Of a DNA stretch of 15,646 nt, positions 1-8,091 are shown piece after piece. The translations under genes and the position numbers were made by a program. Below the pieces are notes generated by a model. That model saw nothing but the letters and a program-made list of their open reading frames with translations. It was not told where the DNA came from and did not search any database. This DNA comes from an uncultured bacterium. GTDB taxonomy: Bacteria > Hydrogenedentota > Hydrogenedentia > Hydrogenedentales > JAEUWI01. The stretch lies in assembly GCA_963977445.1 (NCBI GenBank), contig CAXBPH010000160.1, positions 1 to 15,646 of the forward strand, written 5' to 3'. Within the stretch, counting starts at the first letter, position 1; each line of letters begins with the position of its first letter.

Positions 1-1
1 G

Positions 2-1438
2 GAACTGGACTGCCCGGAAGAAATGCGTCTCGAACATCGCTTTCTCGATCTCCGTCGCGAGCGCCTTCACAAAAACATCATGCTCCGCTCCCAGACGACG
101 GTGATGGTCCGTAAGTATATGACGGACCGGGGATTCACGGAATTCCATACGCCCATCCTCACGAGCTCCTCCCCCGAGGGTGCCCGTGACTACCTGGTGC
201 CCAGCCGTCACTATCCCGGCCAGTTTTACGCCCTCCCCCAGGCCCCCCAGCAGTTCAAGCAGCTGCTCATGGTTTCGGGATTCGACAAATACTTCCAGAT
301 TGCCCCCTGCTTCCGCGATGAAGACTCCCGGGCCGACCGGAGCCCCGGCGAGTTCTATCAGATCGATATTGAGATGTCCTACATCACGCAGGATGAGCTC
401 TTCGTCGAATTGGAAGGCCTCCTCTGCACCCTCTTCAAGGAACTTTCCACCAAGAAGATCGTGGCCGAAACCTTCCCCCGCATTCCCTTCCTGGAAGCCA
501 TGGACAAATACGGCAGCGACAAGCCGGACATTCGCTTTGGCCTGGAAATGGTCGATTGCACCGATCTCTTCGGAAGCTGCGACCTCAAGGTGTTCAGCAG
601 CCAGGTAGAGACCGGTGGCGCGGTGAAGGTCATCAACGCACCCGGTGCGGCGTCTCAGTCCCGCAAGTTTTTCGACGACGCAGAGAAGTTCGCCAAGTCC
701 CAGGGGGCCCGTGGGCTGGCCTGGGTCGCGTTACGAGACGGCGAAATGAAGGGCCCCATCGTCAAGTTCCTGAGTGAAGATGAAAAAGCGGCCCTCACCG
801 AGCGCATGGGTGCGAAGGAGGGCGATGCTCTCTTCTTCGGTGCCGGAAAGCGTTCCGAGACCAATGAACTCCTCGGCAAGGTCCGTGGGTATCTGGGCAA
901 CGCCCTGGACCTCATCGACCCGACGCTGGCTTCCTTCTGCTGGATTGTCGACTTCCCCATGTTTGAGTACAACGACGAACTCAAAAAGGTGGACTTCAGC
1001 CATAACCCCTTCTCCATGCCCCAAGGCGGCATGGAAGCGCTGGAAACGATGGACCCCCTCGACGTCCTGGCCTATCAGTACGACATCGTGTGCAACGGCA
1101 TTGAGTTGAGCTCCGGCGCCATTCGTAACCACCGCCCCGACATCATGCTCAAGGCTTTTGAGATTGCCGGCTATGATGAGGAAGTGGTAAAGAACGAGTT
1201 CCCGGCCCTCTGGAAGGCTTTCCAGTTTGGCCCGCCCCCTCACGGAGGCATCGCCCCCGGACTCGACCGCATTGTCATGTTGCTGGCCGACGAGCCCAAC
1301 ATCCGCGAGGTCATTGCCTTCCCCCTCAATCAGAAGGCACAGGATCTGCTCATGGCGGCACCCAACGCGGTCAAGCAGGGTCAGTTGGATGAACTCCACC
1401 TGCAGATTAAGTATCCGCCCGCGCCAGAACCCAAATAA
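2..1438 (+). CDS. aspS: Aspartate--tRNA ligase (5'-truncated by the window edge)
   Basis: The frame is open from position 2 ([19 protein letters not shown]). Class II AspRS motifs are present: [36 protein letters not shown], motif 2 [15 protein letters not shown]-domain GLAW, HNPFS, and motif 3 [17 protein letters not shown]. Confidence 0.98.
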   Translation, partial: ELDCPEEMRLEHRFLDLRRERLHKNIMLRSQTTVMVRKYMTDRGFTEFHTPILTSSSPEGARDYLVPSRHYPGQFYALPQAPQQFKQLLMVSGFDKYFQIAPCFRDEDSRADRSPGEFYQIDIEMSYITQDELFVELEGLLCTLFKELSTKKIVAETFPRIPFLEAMDKYGSDKPDIRFGLEMVDCTDLFGSCDLKVFSSQVETGGAVKVINAPGAASQSRKFFDDAEKFAKSQGARGLAWVALRDGEMKGPIVKFLSEDEKAALTERMGAKEGDALFFGAGKRSETNELLGKVRGYLGNALDLIDPTLASFCWIVDFPMFEYNDELKKVDFSHNPFSMPQGGMEALETMDPLDVLAYQYDIVCNGIELSSGAIRNHRPDIMLKAFEIAGYDEEVVKNEFPALWKAFQFGPPPHGGIAPGLDRIVMLLADEPNIREVIAFPLNQKAQDLLMAAPNAVKQGQLDELHLQIKYPPAPEPK

Positions 1439-1446
1439 TCCTCTGT

Positions 1447-1496
1447 AAAAACCACATGCGCCAGGTAAGCCCCGATGGGTTGCCTGGCGCATTTTT
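1447..1496. terminator. Probable bidirectional intrinsic terminator between convergent aspS and the DUF3592-like gene
   Basis: Perfect 10-bp stem ATGCGCCAGG (1456-1465) / CCTGGCGCAT (1483-1492) with further inner pairing. A T-run follows on + and an A-run (1447-1451) precedes it. Confidence 0.85.
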
Positions 1497-1513
1497 ATTG
1501 GAGAGCGATACGC

Positions 1514-2398
1514 TCAGGTCTGTTTAAAGTGGGGATACACCACGCCACAATAGACCAGCGTTAATATCGCAATGGTCAGGAAGACACCCATGTTCAAGCC
1601 GCTTGCCAGAAAGGGCATTCGAACGACTTCATAGCGACTGGGATCTTCGGGGTCATAGCGAATATGAAGCATGTTTCCCGAAGGAATCTGGGCGGGACGT
1701 GTCGTGTGCGGGGTGTGGCCGCCAACTGACGCCTGGGCCACCGACGACGACGACGGGTTGGAACGGCCCGCCCCTGGGCTCGCTCCGACACCCGGTGTCG
1801 TAGATTGGGCGCGCAAGCGGGCCAGGGTCGCATCGGAGAAACCCGCAAGATCAGCCGCCTGCTCATAGTTGCCCTCCCGCAATAGACGCTCCACATCTTC
1901 CGGAAAATCGTGGATACTCTTATAACCCTGCGCACGAAGCAAATCCAACACGGGGCCCGGCACCTGGTCAAAAGTTGCCACCCCTTTTCGGCGTAACATG
2001 GCCTGCAATTCCGGGGGAAGATCCTTAAAGCTGAGATAGCCTTTTTCATGCAGAAGCGTGTGAACTTCTTTGGGCAGGGCACCAACGAGCGCCCGGGTAA
2101 CACGGTCAACCCGGGTAACACCCCGATAGGTGTGGCCACCGACTACGTAATCAAAATGTATTTGCATGGTCGGACGGGACGCTTCTATCAGACGGGTGTT
2201 TTCCACCAGAGACGCCGCATAGACGCGGGCAGGCATCGTAACCCAATGTGACTTGGGGGCAAGACTCCACCAGCCGAAACCCGTCAGGCACGTCAGGCCC
2301 AGCAACAGCAAAGCGAGGTACTCGAGGAATCCGAATCGAATTCCCCGTGATTTTTGTCTGAATCCCACAGGCGCTCCTACCCATATTGACTGCCGCAC
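1514..2398 (-). CDS. DUF3592-like membrane protein with an internal tandem-repeat insertion (294 aa)
   Basis: N-terminal TM helix, 'W....A.V' motif, 'IHFDYVVGGHTYRG', then 'LHIRYDPEDPSR' and a C-terminal TM helix, which together match the DUF3592 pattern. GTG start 9 nt after the upstream paralogue's stop; the exact start is uncertain. Confidence 0.75.
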   Translation of the reverse strand: MRQSIWVGAPVGFRQKSRGIRFGFLEYLALLLLGLTCLTGFGWWSLAPKSHWVTMPARVYAASLVENTRLIEASRPTMQIHFDYVVGGHTYRGVTRVDRVTRALVGALPKEVHTLLHEKGYLSFKDLPPELQAMLRRKGVATFDQVPGPVLDLLRAQGYKSIHDFPEDVERLLREGNYEQAADLAGFSDATLARLRAQSTTPGVGASPGAGRSNPSSSSVAQASVGGHTPHTTRPAQIPSGNMLHIRYDPEDPSRYEVVRMPFLASGLNMGVFLTIAILTLVYCGVVYPHFKQT

Positions 2399-2407
2399 GT
2401 CGTGCGA

Positions 2408-2908
2408 TTATGTCCGGCTTCGCCTTTTCATCCGGGGATAAATTATGACAAGGCCCCCCCAGAATACTATCAGAACCATCACCAGCAGGCGCTGCCACAC
2501 CACCGGCAAACCACCATATTTCCCATGAAGCCGACTCCGGCTGGGACTGTCGCGATCATACCACACCAACAGCGGATATCCCGGCGCAACGATACGTTCG
2601 ACATCATCTCCCCGAAGTCCATTGGGCCCCGGTTCATGGGGCCAATCACCCTCCCAGGTGCTGCCATAGCGAACCCCGTCAACGATGTATTGATAATTTA
2701 CTCGTACCAGGTGCTCAGCGGCCAACGCGGTATAGGCGGGTGTATACAAGCGCACATCGAGTATCGTACCCGACGTCGCAACCCAGTTCATGCGGGGAGT
2801 ACCAGACAGGGATACCCACAGACCCAGTGCGACAACACCAAAAAGGGCCAACGTAAGACTCTCCGCAACTCCGGGCTGGAATCGCGCTTTGTGCGGGTGA
2901 AGTGACAT
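2408..2908 (-). CDS. DUF3592-like membrane protein (166 aa)
   Basis: TM helix, 'WVATSGTI', 'VNYQYIVDGVRY', 'PGYPLLVWYDRDSPSRSRL', then a C-terminal TM helix: the typical DUF3592 layout. Confidence 0.8.
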   Translation of the reverse strand: MSLHPHKARFQPGVAESLTLALFGVVALGLWVSLSGTPRMNWVATSGTILDVRLYTPAYTALAAEHLVRVNYQYIVDGVRYGSTWEGDWPHEPGPNGLRGDDVERIVAPGYPLLVWYDRDSPSRSRLHGKYGGLPVVWQRLLVMVLIVFWGGLVIIYPRMKRRSRT

Positions 2909-2934
2909 CGCTCAATCTCGAACGCTCCACCTCT

Positions 2935-2943
2935 ATTCTAGCA
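2935..2943 (-). promoter_or_regulatory. Candidate extended -10 promoter for the DUF3592-like pair
   Basis: The minus strand reads TGcTAGAAT (TGn + TAnnnT) about 27 nt upstream of the ATG at 2908. The -35 is weak. Confidence 0.4.
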
Positions 2944-3019
2944 CTAAAGTCCCGCCAGGCAGGGTATTATTATCGGCGTAGCGCGCCGTTCTGCCTTACC
3001 CACCCTGCGGGACGACCCC

Positions 3020-4720
3020 TTACTGTACGTGCGTGTCCAGCTTTTTCTGGACGTCCGTCATTTCGGGATCCAGCCGGATGGCCCGGGTCCACTCTTCGCG
3101 CGCACGCTCCAGGTCGCCTTTCAGCAAATAGGCATCACCCAAATGCTCGCGCAATACCGCGTCGTCGGAATCCATGGTGAGAATGGCTTTTTGGATGTTC
3201 TTAACGGCCTCGTCGGCCCGACCCAGTTTATAATAGACCCAGCCGAGGCTGTCCAGGTAGTAGGGATTCTCCGGATCGGCCTGGAGGGCACTATCCAGTA
3301 ATTTCTGGGCTTCCTCCAGCTTTACCCCTTCTTCCGCATACAGGTAGGCCAGAAAATTCATCACGTCGGGCATGTCGGGCACAATTGCCAGATAGGCCAG
3401 CAGATGCTTCTCGGATTCCGCAAAGTGCCCCAATTCTTCATGGCAAAGGGCGAGATAGTAGTGAACCCACTGGTCTGCCGGATAGGTTGCCAATACCGCG
3501 TCCAACACGGTGATAGCTTCCTCTTGCCGCTCCATCGCCATCAGAACGCGGGCACGAACCAGCAACAAAACCCGGGACTCCGTATCTTCAAGGAGGGTTC
3601 CAATCTCGTCATTCAACCACGTTCCCGTATCCTGGCTACCAAACAAATAGAACAGATTATTCAGGTAGAGACCACATTCCGCATCCAAATCCCCCTCCAT
3701 CGTGTCCAGGTTCTTACCCAGCAACTGGGCCGATACACCTTTTTTCTTCATGGCAATCGCCTGCAGAATCTGGTCAAAGTAGTGACCGCCTTCGGGGGGA
3801 GACAACTTATCCAGATCATCCAGTCGGTTTGCCCGAATACGCAGATACATGGCGGCAATATGATGCTGGGGCTGGGCCTGATTGGAATTAAGAATCCGCT
3901 CATAAAGCCCGATGGCCTGCTCGAATCGCCCGGCCCGTGCCTGGGCACCCGCCAGGTTGTCGGCGGCATCCATATCATTGGGACGACGTTGCATATACGT
4001 GCGCAGTTGTCCAATACACTCTTCGATCTGATTGGTTTCCAGATAGAGGATTCCCAGGAGGTACTGGGCCCGGACCAACTTGGGATTGAGCTCTGCGGTG
4101 CGGCGCAATTCTTCGATCGCGCGCTCTTTGTGTCCCACCCGAATCAAGGCCAGTGCGAGCTGATAGTGCAGTCCCGCTGATTCCGGACTCAGTTCAATCA
4201 GGCGCTCGTAGATATCCAAAGCGGCGGTCAGGTCATTGCGCGACTCCTGCAACTCCACCATGGCACCATAACCCATGACATTTTCCGGCTCCAGGGCAAT
4301 GGCCTTCTGAAAGGATTCCATGGCATCGTCGTAGCGCTTGAATCGGTGGTATATCTCGCCGAGAACAATGTGCAGATTGGCCTTATCGGGCTGCTGCTTC
4401 ACCGCCTGCTGGCACATCTCCAGGGCGGCTTCAAAATTTTCCTCGCGCAGATAGGCCTGGATCAGCTGGATGGTGGGTGTGACCGCCTGGGGATCGAGTA
4501 TCGGCACCTGAGACATGGCCTTCAGCGACGCTTCCTTGCGCCCCTGGTTGGCGTAGATCACCGCTTCGATATAATGAGAAATGGCCTGGGCTTTGCGCTC
4601 GGTGGCCTTCCCCTGGCGCCATCGGGCACCACTTTCCAAACCAACGGCCGGTGTGGAAGAGCAGCCACACACGGTCAAAACGATTGCCAGAATCATTGTC
4701 GACTTCATTGCACGTATCAT
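3020..4720 (-). CDS. Tetratricopeptide-repeat (TPR) protein, probable lipoprotein (566 aa)
   Basis: Signal peptide with lipobox-like LTVCG|C. Many TPR units (e.g. LHIVLGEIYHRFKRYDDAMESFQKAIALEP). The C-terminal 'MNFLAYLYAE...YYLDSLGWVYYKLG...EHLGDAY' block is typical of envelope TPR proteins. The start could be the second Met (4708). Confidence 0.9.
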   Translation of the reverse strand: MIRAMKSTMILAIVLTVCGCSSTPAVGLESGARWRQGKATERKAQAISHYIEAVIYANQGRKEASLKAMSQVPILDPQAVTPTIQLIQAYLREENFEAALEMCQQAVKQQPDKANLHIVLGEIYHRFKRYDDAMESFQKAIALEPENVMGYGAMVELQESRNDLTAALDIYERLIELSPESAGLHYQLALALIRVGHKERAIEELRRTAELNPKLVRAQYLLGILYLETNQIEECIGQLRTYMQRRPNDMDAADNLAGAQARAGRFEQAIGLYERILNSNQAQPQHHIAAMYLRIRANRLDDLDKLSPPEGGHYFDQILQAIAMKKKGVSAQLLGKNLDTMEGDLDAECGLYLNNLFYLFGSQDTGTWLNDEIGTLLEDTESRVLLLVRARVLMAMERQEEAITVLDAVLATYPADQWVHYYLALCHEELGHFAESEKHLLAYLAIVPDMPDVMNFLAYLYAEEGVKLEEAQKLLDSALQADPENPYYLDSLGWVYYKLGRADEAVKNIQKAILTMDSDDAVLREHLGDAYLLKGDLERAREEWTRAIRLDPEMTDVQKKLDTHVQ

Positions 4721-4759
4721 CGTGTCACGGACCTTTCCGGGTCACTGCATGCCCGATCG

Positions 4760-5542
4760 TTAAAACAGGGTACCCGAGTCCGGGCGGTGGCTCAACGGTG
4801 CAAAACTCATCCGATGGATGGGACAAGGTCCATGCGCCGCGATCGCCTCCAAATGGGCGCGCGTACCATAGCCCTTGTGTGCCGCAAAACCATATACCGG
4901 GTAGGTCTCACTATATTCCTGCATCAAGCGATCCCGGGTCACTTTGGCCACCACACTAGCGGCCGCGATGGACTGGGAACGTCGATCTCCCTTTATAAGG
5001 CGCTCCTGAGGGGGAGCCAGCCCCGGAACCTTGAATCCATCTATCAGGAGATAGTCGGCCCCGGGCGAAAGATCTTCAATCGCCCGCGCCATGGCCTGGT
5101 AGTTGGATTGTTGGATACCGTAGCGGTCAATATCGGCCGGAGAGACAATGCCTATCCCAACCGTATGGGCACCTTGCGTAAGGATTTCGAAAAACGCTTC
5201 ACGCTGCTCATATGTTAGCTGCTTGGAATCATTAATTCCAATTATGGGCTCGGCAAGGATGACGGCCGCCGCAACGACCGGTCCGGCAAGGGGACCACGC
5301 CCCGCCTCATCAACCCCCGCAATCCGTTGGAAGCCCAATGCTTCGGCAGCCCGCTCAAATTGAAGCATGGACTCGCCATGGGCCCGCTCGGCGTCACGCC
5401 TGGCCTCACGACGTTGGAGAGTTCGGAGAAGTGCCTGGGCGCCGGCCCGGGGATCGTCGGCCAGGGCACCCATGAGGGCCGCCACATCGCAGGATTCGAC
5501 CTGGGCGGCCGCACGAAGTTCGCTGAGGCTTAATCGCGTCAA
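4760..5542 (-). CDS. rnhB: Ribonuclease HII
   Basis: Motifs IAGVDEAGRGPLAGPVVAAAVIL, INDSKQL, LLIDG, KGD...SIAAASVVAKVTRD and HKGYGT. I moved the start to TTG at 5542, which has the SD GAGGAGG 7 nt upstream; the ORF-track start (5626) runs across the rplS terminator. It has the N-terminal 'DDPRAG' helical extension seen in Bacillus-type RnhB. Confidence 0.96.
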   Translation of the reverse strand: MTRLSLSELRAAAQVESCDVAALMGALADDPRAGAQALLRTLQRREARRDAERAHGESMLQFERAAEALGFQRIAGVDEAGRGPLAGPVVAAAVILAEPIIGINDSKQLTYEQREAFFEILTQGAHTVGIGIVSPADIDRYGIQQSNYQAMARAIEDLSPGADYLLIDGFKVPGLAPPQERLIKGDRRSQSIAAASVVAKVTRDRLMQEYSETYPVYGFAAHKGYGTRAHLEAIAAHGPCPIHRMSFAPLSHRPDSGTLF

Positions 5543-5591
5543 GGGAGGGCCTCCTCGGGTCTGGCAATGTGTAACGGGAGCGTACACATAC

Positions 5592-5622
5592 AAAAAAGCG
5601 GGTGGATATGGCATCCACCCGC
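5592..5622 (-). terminator. Intrinsic terminator downstream of rplS
   Basis: Perfect 10-bp stem GCGGGTGGAT (5598-5607) / ATCCACCCGC (5613-5622) with a 5-nt loop, followed by T6 on the minus strand. Confidence 0.88.
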
Positions 5623-5656
5623 CCAAACTTTCAAACGTATTAACAACGGCGTGGCC

Positions 5657-6019
5657 TTATTTGGCCTGACGCTGCTTCGCCTTAACGCGGGCAGCTTTAC
5701 CAGCGCGATCGCGGAGGTAGTACAGCTTGGCGCGACGTACTTCACCTTCGCGGCTCACTTCCACCTTCTCAACGCGGGGGGAGTGGAGGGGGAATACGCG
5801 CTCTACACCTTCGTTGAAGGCAACACGGCGCACGGTGAAGGTAGCATTGGGGCTCTCGGCGCGCTTGCGGGCAATTACAACGCCTTCGAATACCTGAACA
5901 CGTTCCTTTTCACCTTCAACAATGCGGAAGTGAACACGAACGGTATCACCCACGTTGAATTTAGGAATGTTCTCGGCAGGTTTCATTTGTTGTTGACTTA
6001 CAAGGTCTACGAGGTTCAC
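5657..6019 (-). CDS. rplS: 50S ribosomal protein L19
   Basis: [48 protein letters not shown] and [13 protein letters not shown] start with a GGGAG SD. Confidence 0.99.
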   Translation of the reverse strand: MNLVDLVSQQQMKPAENIPKFNVGDTVRVHFRIVEGEKERVQVFEGVVIARKRAESPNATFTVRRVAFNEGVERVFPLHSPRVEKVEVSREGEVRRAKLYYLRDRAGKAARVKAKQRQAK

Positions 6020-6021
6020 GG

Positions 6022-6768
6022 CTATTTCTCCCTCTCCGAAATCGGAGCTTCATGCTCGATTTCGGCGAGCAGTTTTTTCTCTTCTGGATCTAAATCTACC
6101 AATAGGTCCGGTCGGCGCATCAAAGTTGCCCGGAGGGCTTCTTTCCGGCGCCAGCGCCGAATGGCAGCGTGGTTGCCTTCGCGCAGAACGTCGGGCACGG
6201 CCCATTCGCGAAATACCGGCGGTCTCGTGTATTGGGGCGGGCCGAGTCTTCCCGTAAAAAACGAGTCGGTCTCGACCGATTCCCAGTCACCAATGACGCC
6301 AGGCACCATCCGACTGATAGCCTCTACCAGCACCAGCGCGGGCACTTCACCCCCACTGAGCACATAGTCACCAATAGAAATCTCTTCTGTCACGAGCGAA
6401 TCGGATATGCGCTCATCCATGCCCTCATAGCGGGCACACAGCAAGACCAAATCGGGGGCTTCTGCCAGTTCACGAACCTTCTGCTGGGTCAAACGCGCAC
6501 CACGGGGTGACATGAGGATGACCCGCTTCAGCGAGTTCTGCGATCTTAAACTTTCAACAGCGGCGAAGATGGGCTCACATTTCATGACCATTCCTGCGCC
6601 ACCACCATAGGGACTATCGTCGACACTACTATGTTTGTCGGTCGTAAAGTCTCGTATATTCGTCAACACAACCTCGAGCAGTCCGTCTGCCTGGGCTTTG
6701 CCCAGCAAACTGGCCGCCAGCGGTCCCGCCAACATCTCCGGAAAGATACTGAGGATGTCTATGCGCAT
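6022..6768 (-). CDS. trmD: tRNA (guanine37-N1)-methyltransferase
   Basis: [54 protein letters not shown] and VPDVL..GNH; synteny with rimM and rplS. Confidence 0.99.
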   Translation of the reverse strand: MRIDILSIFPEMLAGPLAASLLGKAQADGLLEVVLTNIRDFTTDKHSSVDDSPYGGGAGMVMKCEPIFAAVESLRSQNSLKRVILMSPRGARLTQQKVRELAEAPDLVLLCARYEGMDERISDSLVTEEISIGDYVLSGGEVPALVLVEAISRMVPGVIGDWESVETDSFFTGRLGPPQYTRPPVFREWAVPDVLREGNHAAIRRWRRKEALRATLMRRPDLLVDLDPEEKKLLAEIEHEAPISEREK

Positions 6769-6785
6769 ACCTCATCTCCCGGAAT

Positions 6786-7307
6786 TCAATCTTCAACCAC
6801 GTAGGGCCCGATATCGCCCACACGCATCTCTCGTCGCTCTAAATCCACCGACTCAATCACGGCATCAATGGCAGGCAATATACTCTGACCACCATCAGGT
6901 CGCTCCACGGCAAACGCATCGTTTGCGGGGCCTTCAAAAACCTCGTTGATGATGCCCAGCACCGTACCATCCGGCAATAACACCCGATAGTCCAACAAAT
7001 CCCGGACACGAAACTGGTGACCCGGTCGGGGCGGCAATTCATCTTCCAGCATCAGCACCGTCGCACTACGCAGCAACCCCACAATATCTCGCGATATGCC
7101 GGGCGCTAGTCCAACGATAGCCACGTCGCCATCTATCCGCACCTTCGTCACCTTGCAACGCAAGGGTTCGTCGGCACCACGATGAAACCGAATCCACTCC
7201 AACGGTGGAAACACATACTCATAACCAGACCGCACGCTGACCCGTACTTCACGGGCGCGGGTGTTGGTGGAGCGTACACGCCCCACCTCTAACCAAGTTT
7301 CGGCCAT
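6786..7307 (-). CDS. rimM: 16S rRNA processing protein RimM
   Basis: Located between khpA and trmD. PRC-barrel C-terminal half 'DLLDYRV..DG..LG.I.EV..GPAND...ILPAI..VIESVDL'. The N-terminal domain is divergent. Confidence 0.9.
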   Translation of the reverse strand: MAETWLEVGRVRSTNTRAREVRVSVRSGYEYVFPPLEWIRFHRGADEPLRCKVTKVRIDGDVAIVGLAPGISRDIVGLLRSATVLMLEDELPPRPGHQFRVRDLLDYRVLLPDGTVLGIINEVFEGPANDAFAVERPDGGQSILPAIDAVIESVDLERREMRVGDIGPYVVED

Positions 7308-7326
7308 GAGCAGGTAGACACGTCGA

Positions 7327-7557
7327 TTACTCGACGATCTCCAGATTCACGTAGACTTTGGCTTTGGCAGCAGCTGAACTTACGAGCGTCCGGATGGCTT
7401 TGGCGGTTCGACCGCTTCTGCCAATAATCCGACCCATGTCTTCGGGGTTTACCTGAAGCTCGTAGTTCTGGCTCTCTTCGCCTTCAATGAGACGCACCTG
7501 GACATCTTCCGGGTGTTCCACCATCTTTTTTGCGATGAATTCGATGAGTTCTTTCAC
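7327..7557 (-). CDS. khpA: KH-domain RNA-binding protein KhpA (YlqC/UPF0109)
   Basis: MKELIEFIAKKMVEHPEDV...VNPEDMGRIIGRSGRTAKAIRT (GxxG KH loop); directly follows rpsP. Confidence 0.95.
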   Translation of the reverse strand: MKELIEFIAKKMVEHPEDVQVRLIEGEESQNYELQVNPEDMGRIIGRSGRTAKAIRTLVSSAAAKAKVYVNLEIVE

Positions 7558-7563
7558 GAAATC

Positions 7564-7983
7564 TTATTCCGCAGGTGCTTCAGCGGGTGCTTCTTCAGCA
7601 GACGCTTCTTCAACAGGTGCTTCCTCGACCGGAGCTTTTTCTTTTACGGGAGGAGCCGCATTGAAACCCTTGTCAACCACGACACCATGGGTGTAGGTGC
7701 TGACGGCTTCTTCGGGCACGGTGCCTTCGGCAAAGTGCTTCATTACACCGAGCTTACGCAGAACGCTCTTGGCCGTATCGGAGGGCTGAGCACCCTTGTT
7801 GAGCCAATCGAGGGTCCGGTGTACGTCGACTTCCGAGATGGGCTCGGGGCGCGCACAGGGATGGTATACGCCGAGATTCTCGATCTCAGGTCCCCGATCC
7901 CGGTTACGGGAGTCGATAACGACAATACGGTAGTAAGGACTGTGGGTGCGACCACCCCGACGCAAACGAATTGCTGTTGCCAT
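7564..7983 (-). CDS. rpsP: 30S ribosomal protein S16 with acidic Ala/Pro/Glu C-terminal extension
   Basis: IRLRRGGRTHSPYYRIVVIDSR..RG..IENLGVYHP and WLNKGAQPSDTA; SD GAGGA. Confidence 0.98.
   Translation of the reverse strand: MATAIRLRRGGRTHSPYYRIVVIDSRNRDRGPEIENLGVYHPCARPEPISEVDVHRTLDWLNKGAQPSDTAKSVLRKLGVMKHFAEGTVPEEAVSTYTHGVVVDKGFNAAPPVKEKAPVEEAPVEEASAEEAPAEAPAE
7567..7635 (-). repeat. Imperfect 15/12-nt tandem repeat encoding APVEE-APVEE-ASAEE-APAE-APAE
   Basis: Minus-strand units: gctccggtcgaggaa / gcacctgttgaagaa / gcgtctgctgaagaa / gcacccgctgaa / gcacctgcggaa. Confidence 0.8.
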
Positions 7984-8091
7984 GATTTTCCTCTTTAATC
8001 GGGTGGTTACTCCACCCGGACCCGAAGGCCATACTGTTGTGGCAGCCCTGTATCGGCACTACCCAAGACACGTTTATCGGTATTAATTTAA

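Noticed and set aside
2..1438. Calling AspRS discriminating or non-discriminating
   Set aside because: The determinants lie in the N-terminal anticodon-binding domain, which is outside the window.
5543..5626. ORF-track N-terminal extension of rnhB
   Set aside because: It crosses the rplS terminator; TTG at 5542 has a strong SD.
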